The notes below the pieces were generated by a model. The model worked only from the letters and a program-made list of their open reading frames with translations. It did not search any database and was not told where the DNA came from. A program made the translations under genes and the position numbers. 64,000 bases of DNA from an uncultured Chloroflexia bacterium (lineage in GTDB: Bacteria > Chloroflexota > Limnocylindria > Limnocylindrales > CSP1-4). Each line of letters begins with the position of its first letter. Positions within the stretch are counted from its first letter, which is position 1. The stretch lies in the NCBI GenBank assembly GCA_963752475.1, contig CAVVYR010000014.1, forward strand, positions 64,001-128,000. The letters run 5' to 3'. This document shows, in pieces, positions 17,705 to 26,983 of this stretch.

Positions 17705-20149
17705 TCAGTTGCCGTCGTCGTCGGTGCTGGAGGACTTGGTGGTCTTGCGCTTCCTCGTGCTGCCGGACTTGCGCCCCTTGGAGCTCGGCCGCCGCTTGCG
17801 GGACGGCTGAAGGGCGGCCGGGTTCGGTTCGCCGCCGGGGAGCTTCTTGCCCGCCAGCTCGGAGCGCTCGCCAGGCAGATCGACGGGTGCGCCGCAACGC
17901 AGGCAGATGCCGCTCTCATCCTTGAGGCCGACCGGCCCGGCATCGGCATCATGCGTCGCGCCAAGCGGCTCGAAGTTGGTGGTGAAGTCGCACTTGGGAT
18001 AGCGGCCGCAGCCGTAGAAGACGTTGCCGGTCCGGCGCGCGCGACGCGGGGTCAGCTGGCCTTCACCGCACTTGGGACACTCCACCTCGAAGGGCAGCGG
18101 CTCCGGCGGCGGCGGACCCGTGCGGTGGATGTACTTGCAGTCGGGGTAGCGGTCGCAGCCGGCGAACGGACCGTATCGGCCCCGCTTGGCCACGAGCGTC
18201 CCCTGACCGCATTCGGGGCATTTCTCCCCTGCCCCCTCGACGGGCGGAAGGTCCGGCTCCTCGCCGGGGATATCCCGTGTCTCCTTGTGGTCGGGGTACA
18301 TGGAGCAGGCGAGGAAGCGGCCGTTGCGCCCCAGGCGGATGACCATGGGGTGGCCCTCGGAGCACACCTCGTCGGTCTCCTCGGTGGTGAGCTCGGCGCG
18401 CTTGAGCGTCTTGCGTTTCTCGTCCACGAGCTTCTGCAGCGGGTCGTAGAACTCGTGCAGCAGCGGCACCCACTCGCGCTTGCCCTCGGCGACCTCGTCG
18501 AGCTCCTCCTCCATGCGGGCGGTGAAGTCATAGTCGACGTAGTTGCCGAAGTGCTCGACGAGCACGTCGGTGACGATGTTGGCCACGATCTCCGGGCGCA
18601 GGCGCTTGTCCACGACCTTCACGTAGCCACGGTCCTGGATGGTGGAGATGGTGGCCGCGTACGTCGACGGACGGCCGATGCCGTGTTCCTCGAGGGCCTT
18701 GATGAGCGAGGCCTCCGTGAAGCGTGGGGGCGGCTCGGTGAAGTGCTGCTCACCCTCGACGTCCTTGACCTCCGCGCGGTCGCCCTGTGCCAGGGCCGGC
18801 AGAGTGGCTTCCTTCTCCTCGTCACCGCCGTCGTCGCGGCCCTCGGTGTAGACCTTGGTGAAGCCGTCGAATGTGGTGCGCGTGGCGCTGGCGCGGAGCC
18901 CGAAGCGGCCGGCCTCGAGCTCGGCGGCGGTCGTCTCCATCTGCTTGGGCGCCATCTGCGAGGCCAGCGCGCGCTGCCAGATGAGCCGGTACAGGCGCAG
19001 CTCATCGTCCTTGATGCGGCCGCGCAATGACTCGGGATCGCGCGTGAACGAGGTCGGGCGGATGGCCTCGTGCGCCTCCTGGGCGGCCTTGGCCTTGGTC
19101 TTGTAGCCGCGGCCGCCCTCGACCGAGTACTCGCTGCCGTAGCGGCCGTCGATGACGTCGTGGGCTTCGAGCTGGGCCGACTTGGCCAGGTTGACCGAGT
19201 CGGTTCGCATGTAGGTGATGAGGCCGGTGGGCTCGCCGTCGATCTCGATGCCTTCGTACAGGCGCTGGGCCACCGACATCGTGCGCTTGGGTCCGTAGCC
19301 GAGCTTGCGGCTGGCTTCCTGCTGCATGGTGCTGGTGGTGAACGGCGGTGCCGGGTTGCGCTTGGACGAGCGGGTCTTGACGGAGGCGACGGTGGCCGTC
19401 TCCGCCTTGAGCGCCTTGACGTAGGCCTGCGCCGTGGCTTCGTCGGGGATGGGGATCTCGTTCTTCTTGACCTCGCCGCCCTGGGCGATGCGGGTGCCAT
19501 CGACGCTGACGAGCGAGGCCTTGAAGCGCTCCTCCTTGGGAGTCTCCAGAAGCGCTTCGAGGGTCCAGTACTCGCGCGGCTTGAAGGCTTCGATGGCGCG
19601 CTCGCGCTCGACGACGAGGCGGACGGCGACCGACTGCACGCGGCCGGCGGAGAGGCCGCCGCGGACCTTGCGGCTGATGAGCGGGCTGAGGGTATAGCCG
19701 ACCAGACGGTCCATGATGCGGCGGGTCTGCTGAGCATCGACGAGACCCATGTCGATGTCGCGCGGATCCTCGAAGGCTGCGGTGATGGCGGACTTGGTGA
19801 TCTCGCTGAAGGTCACGCGCTTGGTCTTGTCGCCGGGGATCTTGACGGCCTCGACGACGTGCCAGGCGATGGCCTCACCTTCACGATCGAGGTCAGTGGC
19901 GAGGTAGACGAGGTCGCTGCCGCCGGCGGCCTTGGTGATGGCGTTGAGTTGCTTGCGCCGGTCCTCGTTGACGACGTACTCGGGCTCGAAGTCGTGCTCG
20001 ACATCCACGCCGAACTTGCCCTTGCCGGGGTTCTCCGGCAAATCGCGGACATGGCCGTACGAGGCGAGCACCTTGAAGTCGGGGCCGAGATAGCGTTCGA
20101 TCGTCCGAGCCTTGGCCGGGGACTCGACGATCACCAGGTTCTTCGTCAC
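17705..20149 (-). CDS. topA: DNA topoisomerase I with C-terminal zinc ribbons and basic tail
   Basis: LVIVESPAKA, ATDLDREGE, SAGRVQS, LITYMRTDS, GIGRPSTYA, three Cys-rich ribbons. Confidence 0.98.
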   Translation of the reverse strand: MTKNLVIVESPAKARTIERYLGPDFKVLASYGHVRDLPENPGKGKFGVDVEHDFEPEYVVNEDRRKQLNAITKAAGGSDLVYLATDLDREGEAIAWHVVEAVKIPGDKTKRVTFSEITKSAITAAFEDPRDIDMGLVDAQQTRRIMDRLVGYTLSPLISRKVRGGLSAGRVQSVAVRLVVERERAIEAFKPREYWTLEALLETPKEERFKASLVSVDGTRIAQGGEVKKNEIPIPDEATAQAYVKALKAETATVASVKTRSSKRNPAPPFTTSTMQQEASRKLGYGPKRTMSVAQRLYEGIEIDGEPTGLITYMRTDSVNLAKSAQLEAHDVIDGRYGSEYSVEGGRGYKTKAKAAQEAHEAIRPTSFTRDPESLRGRIKDDELRLYRLIWQRALASQMAPKQMETTAAELEAGRFGLRASATRTTFDGFTKVYTEGRDDGGDEEKEATLPALAQGDRAEVKDVEGEQHFTEPPPRFTEASLIKALEEHGIGRPSTYAATISTIQDRGYVKVVDKRLRPEIVANIVTDVLVEHFGNYVDYDFTARMEEELDEVAEGKREWVPLLHEFYDPLQKLVDEKRKTLKRAELTTEETDEVCSEGHPMVIRLGRNGRFLACSMYPDHKETRDIPGEEPDLPPVEGAGEKCPECGQGTLVAKRGRYGPFAGCDRYPDCKYIHRTGPPPPEPLPFEVECPKCGEGQLTPRRARRTGNVFYGCGRYPKCDFTTNFEPLGATHDADAGPVGLKDESGICLRCGAPVDLPGERSELAGKKLPGGEPNPAALQPSRKRRPSSKGRKSGSTRKRKTTKSSSTDDDGN

Positions 20150-20333
20150 GGCCGGAGACTATAGCAGGGGGCTTGCCGGGTTCCGCTTACGTACATCGGA
20201 CCCAGCCTAACGCCTGTGATGCGCCGGCGACCAAGCGATGACAGGACATCTCGCCCCGGTTGCGGCTCGCGGGACAATGGTGAGGTCCGAACGCGAGCCA
20301 GCCGGCTCGCACGACGCAGCAGGGGGACAACCG

Positions 20334-21335
20334 ATGTCTGGACAGCTCATCCTGCGGACCGTGGCGGTCGCCGCCTCGGTCGCGCTCCTCCTCACCGCGA
20401 TGGCGACGCCCGTGGCCGCGGCCAAGCCCAAGTGCTTCGGCCAGGAGGCCACGATCGTGGGCACGAACGGGGACGACATCCTCAAGGGCACGCCCGGGCG
20501 CGATGTGATCGTGGCCATGGGCGGCAACGACATCGTCGCCGGGCGCGCCGGCAACGACTTCATCTGCGGCGGCCCCGGCAACGACCGTCTCGCCGGCCAG
20601 TCCGGCTGGGACAGGCTGGCCGGGCAGTCGGGCAACGACCGGCTCTTCGGCGGCCCCGGCGTCGACCGCGTCTTCGGCGGCGCTCACGACGATCTGGTCG
20701 CCGGTGGTGCCGGTCCCGACGTCCTCGGCGGCGACGACGGCAATGACCGCATCGACGGCGGCGTGGGCGTCGACCTTTGCAGCCAGGGCACCGGGACGGG
20801 GTCGAAGGTGCGCTGCGAGCTGCCGGTGCCCGAGCCTCCCACGCTCGTCATCGCCTACAGCGACGTCGACAACGACCACGCCTACGACGTCGGCGACGTG
20901 ATGATCAGCAAGATCGTCGACACCGACGGCAACGGGGACGTCAGTGTTGGCGACACCATCAAGATGGGCCAGTACCCCACACACCCCGGCGTCATCAAGC
21001 CGGCCAAGCTTCGCAGCCAGTTCGAGGATTGGAAGGTGAAGAGCCACGTCGTGGACACGGTCGTGCCGGACGCCGCCAATGTCGTGAACGTCACCACCGC
21101 GTCCGGCGGCAAGTTCATCTGGGTGAAGGCGACCGCCACGGACGCCGATCTCTATCTCGAGGAGCTCGGCAGCGTCCTCACGGTCCTCATCGACGACATC
21201 GAGGCTGATGAGAACGACGAGTCTGACCTGGTCCATGTGGATCCTGGTTCACCAAGCCAGCCGACCAGCGACCTCGAGTCCTACGGGCCCGGCAAGGGCG
21301 ACGACGGGTTCATCGACGTGGAGATGTACTCCTAG
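20334..21335 (+). CDS. Secreted RTX/hemolysin-type Ca-binding repeat protein with unknown C-terminal domain
   Basis: Signal peptide; repeated GGxGNDxL nonapeptides; DVDNDH and DTDGNGD loops; RBS AGGGGG before ATG 20334. Confidence 0.85.
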   Translation: MSGQLILRTVAVAASVALLLTAMATPVAAAKPKCFGQEATIVGTNGDDILKGTPGRDVIVAMGGNDIVAGRAGNDFICGGPGNDRLAGQSGWDRLAGQSGNDRLFGGPGVDRVFGGAHDDLVAGGAGPDVLGGDDGNDRIDGGVGVDLCSQGTGTGSKVRCELPVPEPPTLVIAYSDVDNDHAYDVGDVMISKIVDTDGNGDVSVGDTIKMGQYPTHPGVIKPAKLRSQFEDWKVKSHVVDTVVPDAANVVNVTTASGGKFIWVKATATDADLYLEELGSVLTVLIDDIEADENDESDLVHVDPGSPSQPTSDLESYGPGKGDDGFIDVEMYS

Positions 21336-21355
21336 GCGCCGCAGTCCATCCGCTG

Positions 21356-21386
21356 AGAGGCTCGTCCCGCCTCGGGGCGGGCCTCT
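21356..21386. terminator. Hairpin between convergent genes, likely bidirectional terminator
   Basis: agaggctcgtcccg pairs with cggggcgggcctct. Confidence 0.6.
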
Positions 21387-21427
21387 TGCTCATGCCTGCC
21401 GTGACCACTCGGCGGAACCAGGCCCGG

Positions 21428-21836
21428 TCAGGCCTCGCGGATGCGGCGCAGGAGCTCGGCGTCCGGAGCGAGGTGCTCCAGGGCATCGTCCTCTGCCGAC
21501 TGCTCGCCACCAGCGGAGCCGGGTGCCGGGGTGACGATGACGCTCGTGCCCTCCGGGACGGCGCTGGCGGCGGCCGGAAGCTCGGCCGGAGCTGGGTGGC
21601 AGGTCCTCGTCGAGGCCGGCCTCGTGGATGGCTGCGCGCGGGATCTCGAGGAAGCGGATGATGTTGTAGGGCAGTAGGAAGACCGAGTCGAGGTACTCGG
21701 TCGAGAGCGGCTTGCGACCTTCGAGCGTGCGCAGGTTGGTGCACAGCAGGCCGGCGTCCTCCGCGCTGGGCAGGGACTCGATATCGGCCTTCATGGGCTG
21801 CTCGCCGTGAAGATGCAGGATGACGTTCCGGATCAT
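21428..21836 (-). CDS. Hypothetical protein with an apparent frameshift near 21595
   Basis: N-terminus MIRNVILHLHGEQP looks globular. After EDLPP a shifted frame reads PAPAELPAAA...EHLAPDAELLRRIREA* (stop at 21428) with typical codon usage. Confidence 0.65.
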
Positions 21837-21858
21837 GCTTCCATCCTACGCGGCGACG

Positions 21859-23019
21859 TCAGTCGTCCATCCGGGTCAATGGTCCTGCCGGAAGCTGTGT
21901 CGGGCCGTGGCTGGTGGCCCAGCCCCTCAGCTGAAGCATCGTGAGCGCAGCCGAGACGACGCCGGGGTCCAGCCGCGTGGCGCGACAGAGCGTATCGATG
22001 GTGGCTGGGCCGCCCGAGAGGGCCTCGGCGATCCGACGTTGCGTGGGCTCCAGGAGTCGCAACGCGGCCGAGCGGCTCAGTCGCGGCAGCTGCCGGTCGT
22101 CCGGCCGGCCCTGAGGATCGTCGAGCTCAAGGTCGGCGAGCATCTCATCGAGGCCGATGAGCGGGTGTGCCGGCGACTCGCGCAGCAGCACGAGGTTGCC
22201 TCTGACGCGCGGGTCCAGCGGCCGTCCCGGCGCCACTAGCAGGTCGCGTCCCTGCTCGAGTGCGTGGCGGGCCGTGATGAGCGCGCCGCTGCGCGCAGGT
22301 GCCTCCACCACGATCGTGGCCCGGCAGAGGCCGCTGATGATGCGGTTGCGTCTGGGAAACGTGCCACGGGTGGCTCGTACGCCGGGTGCCAGCTCGCTGA
22401 CCACCGCCCCCGCCGCGATGATCCGTTCGGCCAGAGGGCGGTTGGTCGTGGGGCCTGGATCGTCGATGCCGGAGCCGACCACCGCGACCGTCCTGGCGTC
22501 CCCGTCCAGTGCCGCCCGATGCACCGCCCCGTCGATACCGATCGCCAGTCCCGATACCACGGTGATGCCGGCCTCGGCGAGTCGCTGCCCGATGCGCGCG
22601 GCGAGGTCGCGGGCGGCGGCGGTCGGGCGCCTGGTGCCCACGACGGCCACGAGCGGCTCAGTTGCGAGGGCCGTTCGGTCGCCGAGGCCGTAGAGGACCG
22701 GCGGCGGTTCCTCGATGCTCCGTAGCGCTGCCGGGTAGGCACGATCGAGTGGCGTCAACGTCCAGCCGCCGAGGGCATCGACCTCACGCCCGATGCGACC
22801 CGGATCGTCGAATGCTTGCCTGATGGCACGCGCCAGGCCCGGCCGCAGGCGGATGCCCGTCTGGTCGGCGAGTGCTCGGTCCGCCCGTTGCGACGGCAGC
22901 CCAGTGACGGTTGCCAGGGCGGCGGCCGCGGAACCGTGGACCTCCCGCAGCCGGCTGAACGTGTGCTCGCCGACGCCTGGCGTGCCGGCTAGCGCGATCC
23001 AGGCATCCCGCTCCTTCAT
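21859..23019 (-). CDS. dprA: DNA-processing protein DprA
   Basis: VAVVGTR, VVSGLAIGIDG, FPRRNRIISG, VVEAPARSGALITA, C-terminal winged helix; ATGA overlap with comM. Confidence 0.96.
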   Translation of the reverse strand: MKERDAWIALAGTPGVGEHTFSRLREVHGSAAAALATVTGLPSQRADRALADQTGIRLRPGLARAIRQAFDDPGRIGREVDALGGWTLTPLDRAYPAALRSIEEPPPVLYGLGDRTALATEPLVAVVGTRRPTAAARDLAARIGQRLAEAGITVVSGLAIGIDGAVHRAALDGDARTVAVVGSGIDDPGPTTNRPLAERIIAAGAVVSELAPGVRATRGTFPRRNRIISGLCRATIVVEAPARSGALITARHALEQGRDLLVAPGRPLDPRVRGNLVLLRESPAHPLIGLDEMLADLELDDPQGRPDDRQLPRLSRSAALRLLEPTQRRIAEALSGGPATIDTLCRATRLDPGVVSAALTMLQLRGWATSHGPTQLPAGPLTRMDD

Positions 23020-24575
23020 GCCGCGACGTCCCGTTCGAAGGAACGATCGTTGAGCAGGGCAGCGGCGCCCAGGTGCTCGGCGGTCACCGACCCGTGAACG
23101 CTCAGATCGGCGATGGTGCGGGCCACACGCAGGAGGCGATGGACACCGCGAGCCGTCAGGTCGAGTCGCTGCGCGAGATCCTCCAACGCTGAACGTGCGG
23201 CCCGGTCGAGGGCGCACAGGCGCAACAGCTGCTGTCCGCGAAGCCGCGCGTTGGGGAGGTCGCCGTTGCGCTCCATGGCGCGGTCCCAGGCTGCGTGGAT
23301 GCGGCGGCTGACCGCCAGGCTCGACTCCGGCTGATCCAGCGTGGTGATCTCCTCCGGCTCCATGCGCGGCATGACCACGCGCAGGTCGATGCGATCGAGG
23401 AGCGGACCACTCACCCGTCGGCGGTAGCGCTCCGGCAGCCCCGACGGACAGCGGCACGTCCGCACGGGATCGCCATGCCAGCCGCAACGGCAGGGATTCA
23501 TGGCCGCGATGAGCTGGAGCTGCGCCGGATAGGTCACCGAGCCGTGGGCGCGGACGATCTCGACCGAGCCGTCCTCCAGCGGCTGACGTAGGGCATCGAG
23601 CACGTGCCGGTCGAACTCGGCCAGCTCGTCGAGGAAGAGCACACCGTGGTGCGCCTGGGTCACCAACCCGGGCCGAAGTCGAGGGCCACCGCCGACCATG
23701 GCCGAGTAGCTCGCGGTGTGGTGGGGGCCCCTGAATGGCCGGACGCGCCTTTCGACGGCGCTCGTCTCGAGGCCACAGACGCTGCGGATGACGGCGACCT
23801 CGCGTGCTTCAGGCTCGGTCAGGGGCGGCTGCAGGCGCGGCACCGCCCGTGCCAGCATCGTCTTGCCTGCACCGGGCGAACCGACGAGCAGGAGGTTATG
23901 TCGGCCGGCGATCGCGACCTCGAGGGCCCAGCGCGCCTGCTCCTGCCCGCGCAAGTCGGCCAGCTCGGTGACGTCGTCCGAGGTCAGTCGGTCCTGCTCT
24001 GCCGGTGCCGTACCCCGAGCGATGCGGATGGCCGGTCGCCGTCTGGCCTTGGCCGCGTTGCGTCCTCTGGGCCCGGCGATGAGTCGGGCGACGTCGTCGA
24101 GCCCCTCGACCCCGACGACCTCCACGTCCTCGACGAGCGAAGCCTCAGTCACGTTGGCTAGTGGCACACACACCCGTCGATGGCCAGAGTCTCGGAGCGT
24201 CGCGACCATCGGCAGCACGCCCGAGACCGAGCGCACGCCGCCGTCGAGCGACAGCTCCCCCAGCAGCGCCCAGGCACCGCCCGAGGCACGGATCTGCTCG
24301 TTGGCCAGCAGGATGCCGATGGCGATGGCCACGTCGTAGGCGGCACCATGCTTGCGCCGGTCCGCAGGTGCCAGGTTGACCGTGATCCTCGACAGCGGAT
24401 AGTCGAAGCCGGCGTTGCGGATGGCGCTGCGCACCCGCTCACGTGCTTCGGAGAGAGCGGTGTCCGGCAGTCCGACGATGGAGAACGAGGGCAATCCATT
24501 GGCGATGTCGACTTCGACCCGCACGAGCTCGCCGCGCAGGCCATGGACGACGGCGGTATCGAGGATCGCGAGCAT
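23016..24575 (-). CDS. comM: YifB/ComM Mg-chelatase-like AAA+ helicase
   Basis: IVGLPD, ITVNLAPAD, GSPGAGKTM, PFRGPHHTAS, LFLDELAEF, AMNPCRCG, SGPLLDRID. Confidence 0.95.
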   Translation of the reverse strand: MLAILDTAVVHGLRGELVRVEVDIANGLPSFSIVGLPDTALSEARERVRSAIRNAGFDYPLSRITVNLAPADRRKHGAAYDVAIAIGILLANEQIRASGGAWALLGELSLDGGVRSVSGVLPMVATLRDSGHRRVCVPLANVTEASLVEDVEVVGVEGLDDVARLIAGPRGRNAAKARRRPAIRIARGTAPAEQDRLTSDDVTELADLRGQEQARWALEVAIAGRHNLLLVGSPGAGKTMLARAVPRLQPPLTEPEAREVAVIRSVCGLETSAVERRVRPFRGPHHTASYSAMVGGGPRLRPGLVTQAHHGVLFLDELAEFDRHVLDALRQPLEDGSVEIVRAHGSVTYPAQLQLIAAMNPCRCGWHGDPVRTCRCPSGLPERYRRRVSGPLLDRIDLRVVMPRMEPEEITTLDQPESSLAVSRRIHAAWDRAMERNGDLPNARLRGQQLLRLCALDRAARSALEDLAQRLDLTARGVHRLLRVARTIADLSVHGSVTAEHLGAAALLNDRSFERDVAA

Positions 24576-24706
24576 GCGGCGAGCATGTCGGCCGTCGCTT
24601 AACCTCGGCTTCACTCGGGCTTCGTTCTCGCCGTGCACTCGGTTCGACTGGGTGGTACTTCGGTGTACTTGGCGCTGGCATCGCCGTGGAGGACGGTGCG
24701 GCCATC

Positions 24707-24793
24707 ATGGAATGGGAATTCCTGCTACTGGGCTTGGTTGCCTTGTGGACCGTGGCGGTAGGCCTCCGGCCGCGCCGCCCGCGTCCGCACTAG
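24707..24793 (+). CDS. Candidate 28-aa single-TM small protein MEWEFLLLGLVALWTVAVGLRPRRPRPH
   Basis: Fills the intergenic gap; GGAGGA upstream; hydrophobic core followed by a basic tail. Confidence 0.45.
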   Translation: MEWEFLLLGLVALWTVAVGLRPRRPRPH

Positions 24794-24866
24794 CACGAGC
24801 CGGCGCTCGGACCCTCCCCCGCCACCGAGCCAGCGGGCTTGGGCTCCCCTGTGCTGCGCCACTCGA

Positions 24867-25256
24867 TCAGCCGGGCTTGACCAGCCGCTCGAACAGGCGG
24901 TCGGCCTCCGCCTCGGGGTCATCACAGATCCCCGAGTGCACCGGGGAGAGCTGGATGACGGTCGAGCGAGGCGCCGTCAGCCAGTGGAAACGTTCGGAGG
25001 CCGAAAGATGCGCGTGCGGTCCGGCTTCCTCGCCACCGGCACAGATGCGCTCGATCGACTCGAGGTGCGAGCGGATGACGGACACCTCCGCGCCGGGCGC
25101 CAGCGTGCGCAGCCGCCCCTCGTCGAGAGAGATGCGCGAGAGCAACGCGTGGTGTGTCTTTGCGAAGAGCACGACACCAGCGTTGAGGAACTCGCCGCGC
25201 GCTACATCCGGTACGACGCGGATGACGCTGTAGTCGTAGGCGCAGTGCTCAGCCAC
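24867..25256 (-). CDS. DUF3037 domain protein
   Basis: YDYSVIRVVPDVARGEFLNAGV, ERFHWLTAPRST, PVHSG; GTG 25256 overlaps the kinase 3' end. Confidence 0.88.
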   Translation of the reverse strand: MAEHCAYDYSVIRVVPDVARGEFLNAGVVLFAKTHHALLSRISLDEGRLRTLAPGAEVSVIRSHLESIERICAGGEEAGPHAHLSASERFHWLTAPRSTVIQLSPVHSGICDDPEAEADRLFERLVKPG

Positions 25257-26016
25257 GGGCGGCCTCCGCCACGAACGTCGTGGAGCCCTCGAGCCGCGTG
25301 ACGAGGTACTCGAGGTAGTGGTCACGGATGGCGTCGGGCGCCGCATCACGGTAGCCCTCCTCGAGCCAGCCGTCGGGCACATCGGCCAGGATCGACTCGA
25401 AGACCGAGCGTGAGAGCCGCTCCCTTGCCCGCGCATCGGCCGCCCGCAGGTCCTCCGCGAACGGCAGCAGCACGTGCTGAGCCACTCGCTCGAACGGGTC
25501 CTTGGCCCGGGCCATCACATCGGCCCAGGAGTGATGGAAGAACAGCGCGGCGCCATGGTCGATGAGCCAGATGCGCCCGTGCCACTCGAGCATGTTGGCG
25601 TTGCGCGCTGTCCGATCGGGGTTGGTCGTGAAGGCATCGAACCAGACGACGTCGGCCGCAAAGACACCCTCCGGTGGCGGCGGCACGAGCGGGTCGTAGG
25701 TGATCGATCCCGGCAGATAGTCGAGCCCGTAGTTGACTCCCTCGGAGGTCCGCAGGAGGTGGCCGATCTCGTAGTCGATCTCGAGCCGTCCGAAGTCGGA
25801 AGCCACGTCGATGAGCACGGCCTCAGGCACCGGCAGCCCCAAGGCCCGGCCGATCTCACCGGCGAGCAGCTCGGCCACCAGCGCCTTGGGCCCCTGCCCT
25901 GCCCCGCGGTACTTGACCACGTAGGTCCCATCGTCGTCGGCCTCCATGATCCCAGGCAGCGAGCCACCTTCGCGCAGGGGCGCGACATAGCGGATGGCCT
26001 TGACCGTGGGCAGCAT
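25249..26016 (-). CDS. HipA-like (HipA_2) kinase
   Basis: REGGSLP, YVVKYRGAGQG, NPDRTARNANML, LIDHG. Confidence 0.88.
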   Translation of the reverse strand: MLPTVKAIRYVAPLREGGSLPGIMEADDDGTYVVKYRGAGQGPKALVAELLAGEIGRALGLPVPEAVLIDVASDFGRLEIDYEIGHLLRTSEGVNYGLDYLPGSITYDPLVPPPPEGVFAADVVWFDAFTTNPDRTARNANMLEWHGRIWLIDHGAALFFHHSWADVMARAKDPFERVAQHVLLPFAEDLRAADARARERLSRSVFESILADVPDGWLEEGYRDAAPDAIRDHYLEYLVTRLEGSTTFVAEAARG

Positions 26017-26035
26017 CTGGTGGGTGGCGCGGCGA

Positions 26036-26980
26036 CTAGGCGGTGTCGGATGCCCCCTCGTCGCCGGCCGTGTCCTCCACGCTCAGCCGAACGGCGGCCC
26101 CGCTGTCGAGGCCGTTGTCGAGGAAGTTGCCCAGGCGCCTCGCGAGGTCGGTCAGCTCGAGCGGGATGACGTACTTCGTCGAAGCTCCGTCGCCCAGGTC
26201 CTTCAGAGCCTCGAAGTACTGCAGCGTCATCGTGCGGTCGTCGATGGTCTTGGCCGCCGCGTAGATGCGCTTGAGCGCGTCGCTGTAGCCCTCCGCCTCG
26301 AGGATGGACTGCTGCCGCACGCCCTCTGCACGCAGGATGGCCGACTGCTTCTCACCCTCGGCCACGTTGATCTTGGCCTGGCGCTCGCCCTCGGACTCGG
26401 TGATGACGGCTCGCCGGGTTCGCTCGGCCGTGAGCACGCGGTTCATGGAGTCCTGCACGTCCGGCGGCGGGGTCAGCTCGCGGATCTCGACGGTGGTGAC
26501 CTTGCCGCCCCATCGTTCGGTCTGCTCGGACAACTTCACCCGCAGGACGTCGTTGACCTGGTCGCGCTTGCTCAGGACGTCGTCGAGCATCATGTCGCCG
26601 ACCACGGCGCGCAAGGTGGTGGTGGCGATGCCCTGGAGCGCGCCCTGGAAGTCACCCACGTTGACCAGGCTGTCCATGGGCTCGACGATCTTCCAGTAGA
26701 TGAGGAAGTCGATGTCGACGGGCGCGTTATCGCGGGTGATGACGGTCTGGCTGGGCACCTCGGAGAAGTTCTCGCGGATGTCCACCTTCACCGGCCGGTC
26801 GACGATGGGGATGAGGAAGCGAAGGCCCGGCTCGCGGACGAGTTCGGGGCTGGTGCGCCCGAGCCGGAAGATGACCATCCGTTCGTACTGGCGCACGATC
26901 CTGATCGAGAGATACAGGAAGACCACCACCACGACGAGGATGAAGAGCAGGCTCGGCAGCGCGAGGTTGACTAGATCCAT
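26036..26980 (-). CDS. SPFH/band-7 (stomatin-like) membrane protein
   Basis: N-terminal TM; QYERMVIFRLG, ITRDN, AERTRRA coiled coil. Confidence 0.93.
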   Translation of the reverse strand: MDLVNLALPSLLFILVVVVVFLYLSIRIVRQYERMVIFRLGRTSPELVREPGLRFLIPIVDRPVKVDIRENFSEVPSQTVITRDNAPVDIDFLIYWKIVEPMDSLVNVGDFQGALQGIATTTLRAVVGDMMLDDVLSKRDQVNDVLRVKLSEQTERWGGKVTTVEIRELTPPPDVQDSMNRVLTAERTRRAVITESEGERQAKINVAEGEKQSAILRAEGVRQQSILEAEGYSDALKRIYAAAKTIDDRTMTLQYFEALKDLGDGASTKYVIPLELTDLARRLGNFLDNGLDSGAAVRLSVEDTAGDEGASDTA

Positions 26981-26983
26981 GAC

